Below, piece after piece: positions 35,281 to 46,977 of a stretch of 46,977 nucleotides of DNA. A program made the translations under genes and the position numbers. Source of the DNA: Octopus bimaculoides (lineage: Eukaryota); the NCBI RefSeq assembly GCF_001194135.2, contig NC_068990.1, positions 293,251-340,227 on the forward strand, in the 5' to 3' direction. A model generated the notes under the pieces. The model searched no databases. It was given only the letters and a program-made list of their open reading frames with translations, and had not been told where the DNA came from. The first letter of the stretch is position 1. Each line of letters begins with the position of its first letter.

Positions 35281-37190
35281 TAATAATTTAACATATATAT
35301 TCACACTATATATATGCTAGGCCACTTGGTTTTAAATTGAATTAACATTCAATTTATCATCNNNNNNNNNNNNNNNNNNNNNNNNNNNNNNNNNNNNNNN
35401 NNNNNNNNNNNNNNNNNNNNNNNNNNNNNNNNNNNNNNNNNNNNNNNNNNNNNNNNNNNNNNNNNNNNNNNNNNNNNNNNNNNNNNNNNNNNNNNNNNNN
35501 NNNNNNNNNNNNNNNNNNNNNNNNNNNNNNNNNNNNNNNNNNNNNNNNNNNNNNNNNNNNNNNNNNNNNNNNNNNNNNNNNNNNNNNNNNNNNNNNNNNN
35601 NNNNNNNNNNNNNNNNNNNNNNNNNNNNNNNNNNNNNNNNNNNNNNNNNNNNNNNNNNNNNNNNNNNNNNNNNNNNNNNNNNNNNNNNNNNNNNNNNNNN
35701 NNNNNNNNNNNNNNNNNNNNNNNNNNNNNNNNNNNNNNNNNNNNNNNNNNNNNNNNNNNNNNNNNNNNNNNNNNNNNNNNNNNNNNNNNNNNNNNNNNNN
35801 NNNNNNNNNNNNNNNNNNNNNNNNNNNNNNNNNNNNNNNNNNNNNNNNNNNNNNNNNNNNNNNNNNNNNNNNNNNNNNNNNNNNNNNNNNNNNNNNNNNN
35901 NNNNNNNNNNNNNNNNNNNNNNNNNNNNNNNNNNNNNNNNNNNNNNNNNNNNNNNNNNNNNNNNNNNNNNNNNNNNNNNNNNNNNNNNNNNNNNNNNNNN
36001 NNNNNNNNNNNNNNNNNNNNNNNNNNNNNNNNNNNNNNNNNNNNNNNNNNNNNNNNNNNNNNNNNNNNNNNNNNNNNNNNNNNNNNNNNNNNNNNNNNNN
36101 NNNNNNNNNNNNNNNNNNNNNNNNNNNNNNNNNNNNNNNNNNNNNNNNNNNNNNNNNNNNNATATATATATAAAGTTGAATAAAGTTAAAACAGTCTGGT
36201 TTTCACGTTTTTAATTATGGTATTTTAACAAAATTAGCGCTTTTATACAGTGTGCTCATCAGATTTCAAATGTGTTCAACTGATAGTTAAGTTCTTGACA
36301 ACTCTAACATCTGTTCTATATTTATACGTCAATTGTAAATAATGTAAATAATGAACCCTAATATCTCTTAGAACGCTCCAAGCAGCTGAATGTTTAGAAT
36401 ACCTTTTTGACCAATCCGCATGATCTTAAACATCACGGTTTGCCAGGCGTACCGATACTCTGTAACTTGTTTATATTTTTTAATCCACATCTTTAACTGG
36501 TTGTTATATTATTGTTGTTATTTCCGTTCAGAACAGGTTTGAACATTTTAATAAACCGTTTTCCTTTTATCTTTCTTCCAGCCTCACTTGTGTCATGTAG
36601 TTTGTGGAAAGAAATATTTTGTTAAAATTCCATAATAAAAAACGTGAAAACCAGACTACGTTTTAATTTTATTCAAATTATATATTATTCTATATACATT
36701 CACATACATTTGAAACAATATATATATATATATATANNNNNNNNNNNNNNNNNNNNNNNNNNNNNNNNNNNNNNNNNNNNNNNNNNNNNNNNNNNNNNNN
36801 NNNNNNNNNNNNNNNNNNNNNNNNNNNNNNNNNNNNNNNNNNNNNNNNNNNNNNNNNNNNNNNNNNNNNNNNNNNNNNNNNNNNNNNNNNNNNNNNNNNN
36901 NNNNNNNNNNNNNNNNNNNNNNNNNNNNNNNNNNNNNNNNNNNNNNNNNNNNNNNNNNNNNNNNNNNNNNNNNNNNNNNNNNNNNNNNNNNNNNNATATA
37001 TGCATACATGCATACATATATGTATACACCCCCACACACACATATATACACACGACAGGCTTCGACACGATTTCCGTCTGCTGAATTCACTCACCTGGCA
37101 ATCGTACGTCGGAGGTTAAAGAAGAAAACACATGCTCAAGGTGCCACGCAATAGCAGTGAACCCGAAACCGAATAGCTGCAAATAAACAT

Positions 37191-37236
<46 letters not shown>

Positions 37237-38761
37237 GAACAGCTTCTTGTGCTAAATCGTTCTGGAAATTGTAAATACTTAGATGATGTTTTTATGGTGT
37301 AGACAGCGTTTGTATTTTTTGTTTCTTTTAATTTTGTATGATTTTGTATTTTGCGTATAAATGATTTGCAGTCCAGTATAAAACTTATTTGTGAATAAAT
37401 CTGTGAAATATGCATAAATTTGCAATTTATGTGTAAATGGGTAGCAACGAAAGGACTTAAATACTTTGCTAATGTCAGTAAGTGAAAATTAAGCTCCAAG
37501 GATACTTATGAGTGGTGTTTATGAGTGTATTTATTACATTGAGAGAGAAGAAGATATTAATGTTTCTTTCGCTTGTAAGAAATTTTTTTTTTCCCTGTAG
37601 GAGTTAAAATCGAGTATATCGAAGTTGTTTTGTTTGTCGAATCCGTCATATATTCTTTGTATAATAATCGGAGTTGTGTTGTAATTGCTTGTAATAGCTT
37701 CAATGCTTACTGTGAAATAATGTGAAGTGAAATGTAAAGCGGAATCAAATTTTTGGTTGTAAAGTATGATTCATTTGTGTGATGCTGCTTCGGTTAAAGT
37801 TTTGTAGACATGTAGACTTGTTATAATTTTGTCCAGGATTTTTATTCTTGTAAATGTTTGACATTAGTGTAAATAGTCATTTTAGTTATTGTAGTGTAGC
37901 ATTCAAGTCAGCCTTGCCCAAGCAGAACAACAGAATGTAATTATTTTACTGAATGGTTAGGATGGTATGAAAAGCTGAAGATATTGGTGAAGGCTATCAT
38001 TGCTTCCAGCATTTGACAAAACACCTTGTGATATATATTTCTTTCTCTTTATTTCCTGATTTCACATTCCATTGAATTTGATTTTGTCTTTTACGAAGAA
38101 GAAAAAAACACCCTTCCATAGCTTTTTCTCTTTCTAGTTGATACTAGAAAGAGAAGGGCTTCTCACACTGGAGACTTATGGACTTCACTACAAGTTAGCC
38201 AAGACATAAGAGTTGGTGTTATACTGGGAGACAGATTAAGCCTACCATTTATGTAAAAGAACGGTTCCTCTGGAAGGTTTTCACAATGTTTCTGTCTACT
38301 AAATTTTATTCACAAGGCCTTGTTCAACTCGAGACTATAGTTGTCCTAGTTACTACGCAGTGTGATGAGACCGCAGACTATGGATATGTAACGTGAACTG
38401 AACTTATTAACCATACAACTATGCCTCTAATCAATATATTGAATATAAATCAAGTACTAGAGTCGGATTAGTTATTTCCTCTACACAAAAATTGTCGACA
38501 TCTGCCTATACAACCCCCCCCCCCCAAAAAAAAACAACAATTTATGCGTATGTTTGTGATTTTGTTGGGCCCTGATGCATTAATTTTTCGAATTTCGAAG
38601 GTAGCAACTGGATGGAAGAGAGTGGTCTCGTGTATTGTGGACCTGCTCTTTTTATGCGGCATTTCTCTGACATCATGCATTTATGTTCTTGCTATTTTTC
38701 TGTAGTATTTCTGTGACTACCTGATGTTGTTTGTAACTTAGATCAGAAACTAGGAACTCAC

Positions 38762-38789
38762 CGCCTTCTGAAAAACCAAGTGCAGCTTT
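38762..38789 (-). other. Candidate 28-nt micro-exon
   Basis: ttttatatttctttcag|...gcg|gtgagt. Confidence 0.25.
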
Positions 38790-39125
38790 CTGAAAGAAAT
38801 ATAAAATTTGAGGGGGGAAATAATTTCACTGGAATATGTTGTAATGATTTTATTTTATTCAAAGCCTATCTTTTCCACTAATTACGAAATTGAGAAACAA
38901 GTATTTTTGTTTCTTAATCTACACTTGTAATTACGTTTTGAAAATGTAAATATAAACTGTAGTCTATCACAAGTATTGAGTTGCCATAATGTACACCTTT
39001 TAGAGGACACTATTTTAAAGAACAGTTTAGCAAGACAAAGGAAAAGTGGCTTTAAAAATTTAGCCTAGCTGTTAAAATTTGTTTCCATTTAGTTAGGGTT
39101 TTATAAATAATTATATATAGTTTTC

Positions 39126-39456
39126 TGCGCATGCGCATCAGGGACCTTTCGGCAGACCTTCCAGAAGGTTCCAACCCTGCGCATGCGTGCTGGAGACCTT
39201 CAAAATGACGTCACTACAAGGCTCCCCCTCGAGTGCGGAAGCACGAAACAGAAGATTGTAGTGGCTCCAGAAAAAAACAAGATGGCTTCCGATCACCCAG
39301 ATGTGGCACACAATATAACAAATTAAATAAATATCAATACAAAAAAATATAAATAAACATGCATAACAGTTGTTTTTGTTTTAATATAATGTCCAAGAGT
39401 AAAAATGAAATGGGCCAAGAGAGAATGCTGGAGACCCTCAAAATGACGTCACTACA
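39126..39456. promoter_or_regulatory. Promoter-like motif cluster (NRF1-like x2, CRE x2, ETS-like, YY1-like)
   Basis: TGCGCATGCGCA 39126-39137; TGCGCATGCG 39178-39187; TGACGTCA 39206-39213 and 39444-39451; GCGGAAG 39235-39241; CAAGATGGC 39278-39286. Confidence 0.45.
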
Positions 39457-39576
39457 TATCTATATATACATATATCTATATATTTATGTGTATCTATATG
39501 TGTGTGTGTATATATTTATTTATAAATATCAAGCCTAATCGTGTTTATCTGCACCACTTTCTCCATATCAGCTCAC

Positions 39577-39621
39577 CTGGATTTCTCTTACAGTCACGCT
39601 TTTCCCCGTGGACCCCGTGGA
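39577..39621 (-). other. Candidate 45-nt exon
   Basis: atctttctcaag|...ccag|gtgagc. Confidence 0.22.
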
Positions 39622-39730
39622 CTTGAGAAAGATTTCGGAGTTGAAATCATTCAAGAACTACTACGCGTTTTCTATTCTGAGCATCTTTACACCCACTTAA
39701 TATACATGTGCGCGCACGCATACTAACATA

Positions 39731-39789
<59 letters not shown>

Positions 39790-39840
39790 ACAGACACATA
39801 CATACATACATGCATACATACATACATACATACATACATA

Positions 39841-40060
39841 CTGCTTCGAAACCTCCAGCTTCTATATCCAGACTATGAATTCATATTCATACCAATAATA
39901 ATTGGAGCACTAGGTTTTGTTAATAAATGCTCAAAGGAGAATCTGGATAAACTGGGATTTTCAGAAAGAGAAATCGACCGGCTAATTCGTACAAGTGCAA
40001 TCTGTGAGTGGAACAGTAAAAATTTGCAAGACTTTTCTTAAGTTATAAACGTGAATTTGT
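39841..40060 (+). mobile_element. RLE LINE lineage 1 3' terminus
   Basis: LLRNLQLLYPDYEFIFIPIIIGALGFVNKC..LDKLGFSEREIDRLIR..SGTVKICK. Confidence 0.88.
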
Positions 40061-40249
40061 CTTGTTAACTACATCCCAAAGATGGAGCCTTGCAGATTCA
40101 GTTTTGCCTGGGACTTCAATTTGCGCCCGATAGTTTATTCAGCCAGTAGAGATAACTTGCATTTATAATGATTCTAACTTGGTTAACTTGAAACAAAACA
40201 TAAATGGCTACAAGTATTCGGACCAGAACTCTGTACCGCCTGAGCTTAC

Positions 40250-40328
40250 CTTCTTCCCTTTAGTCCTTGGCGGAGGACTTGGCAAAGGCAATAGGTGCTC
40301 TCCTTTCTCACCTAATTAAGTCAGGCGC
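40250..40328 (-). other. Candidate 79-nt exon-like segment (stops in all frames as written)
   Basis: tttgtgtttgtttttgtag|...gaagaag|gtaagc. Confidence 0.3.
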
Positions 40329-40559
40329 CTACAAAAACAAACACAAAGCAAAAATAGCAGGATGTGTGTTTTCAACAAAGAGTACTCAAGATTAAGTGTA
40401 ACTACTACATGTCAAACGTGTTAATAATTAGCCAAGAGACGAACTCATCACTGGCCTTTGTTATTTCAAATTGGAGACCTGCCTTTTCGGTTGAGGGAGG
40501 TTTCTAATAACTGGAAATGCTATTGTTTTTGTCCATGTGTACGTTTGTTTGAGTAGATA

Positions 40560-40764
40560 GGCATATCTATCTATGTGTGTGTGTGTGTATGTATGTGTGT
40601 GTGTATGCACGTGGGTGCGCGCGTATATGTATGTGTGTGTATGGCTAAGTGTCTGTGTGTGTGTGCAGGTGTGAGTATGTATATGCATCTGTGTGTGTAC
40701 GTATGTATGTGATCATGTATGTGTGTGTGTGCGTGTGTGTGTGTGCGTGTGTGTGTGTGCGTGT

Positions 40765-40797
<33 letters not shown>

Positions 40798-40961
40798 AGC
40801 ATGTATATCTGTGTGCATGCATGTTGTTGCGTGAGCATGTATGTGCATGTATATGTGCGTATGTTTGAGATGTATGTGTGTGTAAGTGCGTGTCTAAGTG
40901 CATGTGTCTAAGTGTGTCTGTCTATGTGTGTGTGTCTGTGTGTTTGTGTGTATGTGTGTGT

Positions 40962-41000
<39 letters not shown>
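40560..41000. repeat. Compound (GT)/(GTAT)/(GA) microsatellite field
   Basis: Visible arrays. Confidence 0.95.
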
Positions 41001-41015
<15 letters not shown>

Positions 41016-41709
41016 CGATGAAAATATAAAGGTGGAGTTTTTCTGAGAGCATCTTTATAAAACAAAAGAACATCAGGAAAAAAAAAAGACCCAGAAGGAC
41101 GAAAGAGAATAAAAAAAGGAAAACGTGGAAGAAAAAAAAGAAAGAGGAAAAAAAGAAAGAGGAAAACAGATGAGAAGTACAACAGCATCCATAACCACGA
41201 CGGTGATAACTGTTCAAAGTAACACCGACGTATACATAATACTTGTTTGTGCTATTGTACCAACTGTTGTTGTTGTTGTTGCTGCTGCTGCTTCTGCTGC
41301 TGCTGCTGCTGCTGTTGCCATTGTTGTTGCCCTAATTTATCTCAGCAATCACAATTAATTTTGCTGCAATCTAAAAATGTAGCGAAGTATTTAAGTATTG
41401 TCTTCTTTTCTATAATTTTGAAATTACCCTGAGGTAGATACACGCACGCACGCACGCACACAAAGGTATATACACATACACACACATATGCATACACACA
41501 CACATACACACATATGCATCCACACACACGCACATACATACACACACACACACAAAATATTCGGTGATGCTGACAGTACAGGGTGGCTATTTACACATTA
41601 GTAATACACACACAAATGTGTGTGTGTGTGTGTATTCGTATTTGCATGTACGTGTGCGTCCTTACATGTCTGCTTATATGCATACATATACTTACATATT
41701 CTTTTTGAA

Positions 41710-41800
41710 TTCTTTTTACTTGTTTCAGTCATTCGACTGCGGTCATGCTGGAGCACCGCCTCAAAGAGTTTTAGTCGAAGAACTCGACTTCAGGACTTTT
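41710..41800 (-). mobile_element. 3' tail fragment of SINE family B
   Basis: ttacttgtttcagtcatt.gactgcgg.catgctggagcaccgcc matches 5341-5395. Confidence 0.85.
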
Positions 41801-41805
41801 TCTAT

Positions 41806-42960
41806 CACTCTCTTTTTGGATAAAATAATGGAAACACCTTAAAATTTCAAACAAATTTATTTTAATGTGAGGTGGGACCTCCTTTGACAGTAATTACAGC
41901 TTGAATTCTACGAGGTATGGACTCGTACAAAGTTTGAATTGTTTCCAAAGGAACTTTTGTCCATTCTTCAGCTAAAACAGTCTCCAGTTCTTGTAGTGAA
42001 GATGGTGGAGGATATCAACTCCTTACTTGTTTTTCTAGAATGCACCATAAATATTCAATAATATTGAAATCTAGGGACTGTGGTTGGCCAGATATGATGT
42101 TCAACTTCATTAGAATGTTCCTCGTGTCATTCAGTAACAACTGTAGCTGTGCGAATTGGTGTATTATCATCCTGAAAGCTTGCGTCTTTTCTCTCCGGAA
42201 ACAGTTCCGCAAACATAGGATGAATTTGATCAGATAAAATGCTTAAATAGTCTTGACTATTAATTCTGCAATGAAGGGAAACCATTGGGCCGGNNNNNNN
42301 NNNTAATTCTGCAATGAAGGGAAACCATTGGGCCGGCGGATTTCCAAGATATAGCCCCCCCCCCCGATCATCACAGATCTTCCTCCATGTTTAACAGTTG
42401 GAAGAAGGCTGTCTGGGTCAAATGTTTCTTTTGGCTGTTTCCACACGTATACTCGGCCGGTGGCCGGAAATAAGGTAAAGTATGACTCGTCCGAGAAAAT
42501 AACATTCTTCCACTGCTCTATGGACCAATTCTGTAGGTTTTTACTCCACTCTAAACGCTTGGTAACATTTGTTTTTGAAAGTGGTGAATTTCTGATTGCA
42601 GCCCTCCCGTGAAATCCGGCTTTGTGCAGCTCTCGGCCTACAGTTTTTGTGGAAACTGGATTCTCGAGGTAGTCATTAAGCTCTGCAGTAATTTTGGGAG
42701 CTGTACTTTTGTGATCCTTTCTAACAATTCACGTAAGAGTCTGACGGTCTCTATCTGAAAGTTTTACCCTCTTTCTCAAAGGCTGTCATTACTTTCGAGA
42801 TAGTACTTCTTGATACACCAAACATTTCGGTTGTTTTCATTACGCTAGCACCTGCCATACAAGCACCAACAATTTGACCTCTTTGAAAGTCCGATAGATC
42901 TGTCATTTTAATGAATTTTAATCACCTTTTTCTGATGATATCTGAAAGGAAACAGTAATT
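41806..42960 (-). mobile_element. Tc1-type transposon; near-complete decayed transposase 42906 to 41862; one TIR-like end
   Basis: MTDLSDFQRGQIVG, VIFSDES, PTVKHGGRSVMI, FQDDN, QSLDFNIIE, GGPTSH*; aaataatggaaacacc terminus. Confidence 0.92.
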
Positions 42961-43029
42961 TTATCAAAACATATTAAGCAACACTAATAATAAATAAAAA
43001 ACATGAAAATAAACAAACTTTTGACGGTT

Positions 43030-46000
43030 TTATAGATATTTTTGAACACTAAGAAAAGCGATGACGAAGGCTTTACCACATATACGGGTAGAGTGAACAG
43101 AGGGTGTGAGAGATTTAAACTGGATAAAGTAACTCCAGACTCGTTCAAGTGCCTGATTTTTGTTCAGGAACTTACTGCTAAAAAGGACGCAGAAGTCAGA
43201 ACGAAAATTCTCGCAAATCTGGAAATGAACCAGGATATAACTCTCCGGAATCTGTCAGAAGAGTGGGATAGGATATTAAAAGTAAAACACGACACAGAAG
43301 AAATCCGACGCAGAGATTGTTTACAGATAAAACCAGTGTGGATGAGTTGGGAGACGGAGAAAGTGTTTCATAAAAAAACACTACATAGAACAGGAGATAA
43401 ACCCATGTATGGTGTGTGGTGATAAGCACCTGAGTGTCCGCTCAAAAATGCAAATTGTTTTCGTCGTGGGAACACAGGACACATTAAATCGCACTGCAAA
43501 ACGAAGATGACAAAAGGTTGGACCAAACGAGCAAAAATAAATAGTTCGTCATCAGAGAAAAAAGTTTGTACAACGAACAGAAAGTTCAAAGTGAGAATCG
43601 AAACCACTAGTGTCAAAATGCAATTAGACACGGGTAGTGACATCATTATCATAAATGAAGAAACATGGCGACAAATCGGTAAGCCTAAATTATTTAAATC
43701 AAATAAAGTAGCATATGATGCTACAGGAAAGAGATTATATTTCATCGGCGAATGTATTTGCAATGTAACTTATCGAGGTGAAAGGAACAGGACAATCATT
43801 TATGTGTTGGAAAAATCACCAAACCGTTTGGCACAGAATGTATGGAGTTATTTAAAATGTAGGATACCCCGTTTAATGTTCTCTGCGAAAATGTGTTCAT
43901 TCAGCACGGTCAAAAGTTCGAATGAAGTCGGACAAGTGAGACAAAATTTTTTTAATTGTTTCCAAATGTTTTTTTGGAAGGATTAAGCTGTTGCACTAAA
44001 ACAAAAGCGAGGATCGCGGTAAAAGAAAAGCAACACCTGTTTTTAGGCCCAAACGGAACGTTTTGCGGCGTTGGACCAGGTCAATAAAGAGCTAGAAACT
44101 AGAAAGTTTAGCTACAATTGAAAAAGTCAACCATTCAGACTGGGCAGCTCCGACGGTTTATGTAAAGAAAAAAAAAAAAAAAANNNNNNNNNNAAAAAAA
44201 AAAAAAAAAAAAATCAAGAGTGTGTGCGAACTTTTCGACTGGATTAATTGACTGTTTAGTCGAACACAATCATCCATTACCACACCCAGAAGAAGTTTTC
44301 TGAAAACTAAATGGAGGAAACATTTTCTCGAAGTTAGACCTCTCGGAGACCCATCTGCAGATACAGGTAGTGGAAGATTGCGCACACATTTTAACAATCA
44401 ACACACACCGTGTATTGTATAAATTCAAGCGGTTTCCTTTTGGGGTAAAAGTGCACCTGCCATATTCCAACAAGTGATGGACGCAATGTTAAACAATTGC
44501 GACTTCGTTATCGATTGTGTTGATGATATTTTGATAAAGAGCAAGTCAGGGGAGCAACACTTCGAACATATTAAAAAAGTATTCGAAAAAATAAATGAAT
44601 ACGGGTTTAGACTAACGGAGGAAAAGTGTGAATTTTGATGAAAAATAAATTTAGATCAAGTAATTAACGAAAGGGGACGAAAGCCAACCCCATAAAGGAT
44701 GATGCAATATGGAATATGCCTCCCCAACAAACGTCAAATTGTTACAAGCATTTTAAGGCTTGGTTAACTACTATCAAGTATATATTCCAAACATACACAA
44801 CACAAGTGCGCCACTAAACGTTAAAAAAAGGATGCCAAATGGTTTGGGTCAGAAAAATGCTAGAATGCATTTGAGGAACTAAAAGTACATTAACTTCAGA
44901 CTGGTTGCTTACACACTTCATCTGAAGTTAGGAACGATACTGGCAACAGATGCTAGTGAGTATGGGGTAGGTACCGTACACCCACACAAATGTAAAGATG
45001 GCAGCCAAAAGACCATAGGTCCCGCGTCAAAGACGTTATATCAGCGGGAAAAAATTATAGTAAATTGAAAAAGAAACATTGGCGATTATATCTAACATAA
45101 AAAGTTCCACAGATTTATACATGGTGGACGGTTTAGACGACAAACAGACCATCGCCCGTTGCTAACGATTTATAGATCAAAGAAAGGAATCCCAGTAGGC
45201 ATCATACTACTAAACTACGACTATGCAATGAAACCTGCGCAAAAGTTCGGACATGCAGACGACCTATCAAGGTTAATGCCCAGAGATGGCGAATCATCTG
45301 AGGACACAATAATAACAGCCCTAAGAGCTGAAGTGGAAATGAAACACATAATGTGGAACATTGTACGAGAGTTACCAACAACTCCAAAAACGACACGCGT
45401 CAGAAGTTAAGTTCATTAATGAAAAAAAAAACAAAAAAACTCTGTGGTCAGCTAAAGAAAACAAAAATAGGTTCGGTAAGAAAAAGTAGTAACAGGTAAA
45501 CATATATTCAACATGCGACGGCGTACTGATGTATGGCCAAAGGGTAATGATACCTGAGATTTTACAAGAAAGAATGTTGAAAGAATTCCATAATGGGCAT
45601 CCGGAGATCGCAAGGATGAACGCGCTTATGTGCAGTTATGTGTATTGACCAAAGATGGACAAGGAAGTTGAAAACGTAGTAAAAGGCTGCAGAGAGTGTG
45701 CTCTGGCAGCAAAATTGCCTATTCAAAAATGGGAGCCTTGGCCAGAAGTAAAAAGTCCATGGTCAAGACTACATATCGATTTTGCGGGTCTGTTAAATAG
45801 TTATTTACAAAATGGCCGGAAATTGTTAAGTGCAAAAGACCAACCTCCGAGGCGCTAATAATTTTTTTACAGGAAATATTCGCAAGATTTAGCATCCCAG
45901 ACGTGTCCACTGAAGTTAGAAAATTCAGCGAAATGTTCACGGTAGACCATAAAACGATAGCGCCCTACCATCCCAGACCAAATGGACAGGCAGAGCGTTT

Positions 46001-46560
46001 TGTGAACATTTTTAAAAGAGCTTTGAGAAAAGCAAACAAGGAAGTCACAAACGAAGTCGCTCTGCAGGAATTCCTAAGGGTTTACAGGGTGACACCGAGC
46101 GCTAATACACTAGCAGAACTGATGTTCGCGAGGAAGGTGAAATCAGTTTTTGATAAACTGTTATCTGGCGAGGAAAGAAAAAGTATCAGGAAAGACAATC
46201 CAAAAGTTTTTCAAAATTGGTGATGAGGTGTACATGAGGTCGTATAAAAAGGGGAAACAATACTGGGAAGAAAGAGAAATGACAAAGTATATAGGGAAAA
46301 TGATGTACGGAATTAAAAACAGAAAAGGTATCGAAAAAAGATACAGCAACCAATTGAAGAAGAGATTCATAGAAAATGAACCAGACAGATTGGAAGAACC
46401 TATGGAATGGCTGTATGACACATTCCAGGTTCAACACCGTTACAGGTGGTCGAACCCACGTGTACAAGTGGAAGATAAGGGAAGAACACAGAGTTCCTAC
46501 AAATAGACGCCAAAAAGAAAAAAACAATATTAAGTTGGGGAAAAAAATCCGCTAAAATGG
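43030..46560 (+). mobile_element. Degenerate Ty3/Gypsy (Mag/K02A2.6-like) gag-pol, 5'-truncated
   Basis: FKCLIFV; knuckle remnant CFRRGNTGHIKSHC; protease LDTGS 43624-43638; RT CVDD 44516-44527; RNase H ATDASEYG; integrase GHP..C..C, LHIDFAG, PYHPRPNGQAERFV. Confidence 0.95.
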
Positions 46561-46624
46561 GAGGATGGGTGAATAAAGTAAAATAAAATTACTTGCTTCC
46601 CAAAGAAAAAACCTAAAAGGGTGA

Positions 46625-46872
46625 TGTAGTGAAAATGGTACTCCCCTTCACACATGACAAAGTGGTATGTAAGCAGCCACTATAAAGTCAGACAGTTAGT
46701 CGTTGTAGGACGTCAGTAGTAGTAGAGTCTTTTTGGAATTTGAGTTGTCGATGACGTAGAGTTTTTATGTGAGTTGCAAAGTTGAGTATTTTTTGTTGTA
46801 AAATTGAGTGTCAATCATTGGTGTTAATTGTTGATATTGTTCGTGTTTTTTTGTGTCTTCCCGTTGTGGAAA
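46625..46872 (+). mobile_element. Putative 3' LTR of the Gypsy element and/or 5' UTR of a following element
   Basis: Purine tract aaaagggtga then TGTAGTG; TATAAA 46681, TCAGT 46713. Confidence 0.45.
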
Positions 46873-46977
46873 ATGGAGAAAGCACCGGTAGGTGGCCAAA
46901 GTTATGCGGCCGCGACTGGAAAAGGAACAGAGGAAGGAAAGCTGGAAATAATCGAAATTAAGGTTGATCCGAAGAAG
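46873..46977 (+). CDS. ORF start running off the window, ORF1/gag-like
   Basis: MEKAPVGGQSYAAATGKGTEEGKLEIIEIKVDPKK; SYAAA motif is common at LINE ORF1 N-termini. Confidence 0.35.
   Translation, partial: MEKAPVGGQSYAAATGKGTEEGKLEIIEIKVDPKK

Noticed and set aside
4015-37094. Long ORFs consisting mostly of X
   Set aside because: Artefacts of reading through N-gaps
5501-41842. Many ORFs rich in HT, VC, YI, LS, RE, poly-N, poly-I or poly-L
   Set aside because: Translations of di- and trinucleotide microsatellites, not genes
42261-42336. 33-bp direct duplication inside the Tc1 ORF
   Set aside because: Copies flank a 10-N gap exactly; typical unmerged contig overlap
42927-42960. CUGAUGA...GAAACAGUA hammerhead-like string
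   Set aside because: Stems I and II cannot pair; lies in the Tc1 5' region
44168-44213. Poly-A-tailed insertion within the Gypsy RT
   Set aside because: Flanks read continuously as YVKK...IRVC; an expanded A-run with a 10-N gap and no TSD

Overview
Repeat-dominated eukaryotic genomic DNA with 10 N-gaps and very dense microsatellites. The SINE families and repeat load best fit an octopod cephalopod (inference). I found no intact host gene, rRNA, tRNA or CRISPR array. Almost all recognisable coding sequence is decayed transposon: a ZMYM1-like hAT transposase, Penelope GIY-YIG fragments, about ten RLE-type (R4/Dong-like) LINE pieces, two Tx1/L1-clade LINEs, mariner and Tc1-type transposases, a Ty3/Gypsy gag-pol, and four tRNA-derived SINE families (labelled A-D here). 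The most notable unexplained structures are: (1) three minimal type I hammerhead-ribozyme folds (105-141, 31674-31711, 35007-35069), two of them in Penelope-like terminal repeats and each with one catalytic-core defect; (2) several local fold-back or inverted duplications, including a 90-bp SINE-head hairpin with a perfect 20-bp palindrome in its loop and a hAT micro-inversion with a 326-bp inverted duplication; (3) head-to-tail stacking of RLE LINEs at (TAA)n; (4) a 3' tail shared by a Tx1 LINE and a SINE; (5) a Tc1 element with apparent DD36E spacing; (6) a non-repeat island at 38.7-40.4 kb with NRF1/CRE/ETS/YY1-like motifs and exon-like segments. All motif calls and alignments were made by eye, so boundaries of decayed elements are approximate.
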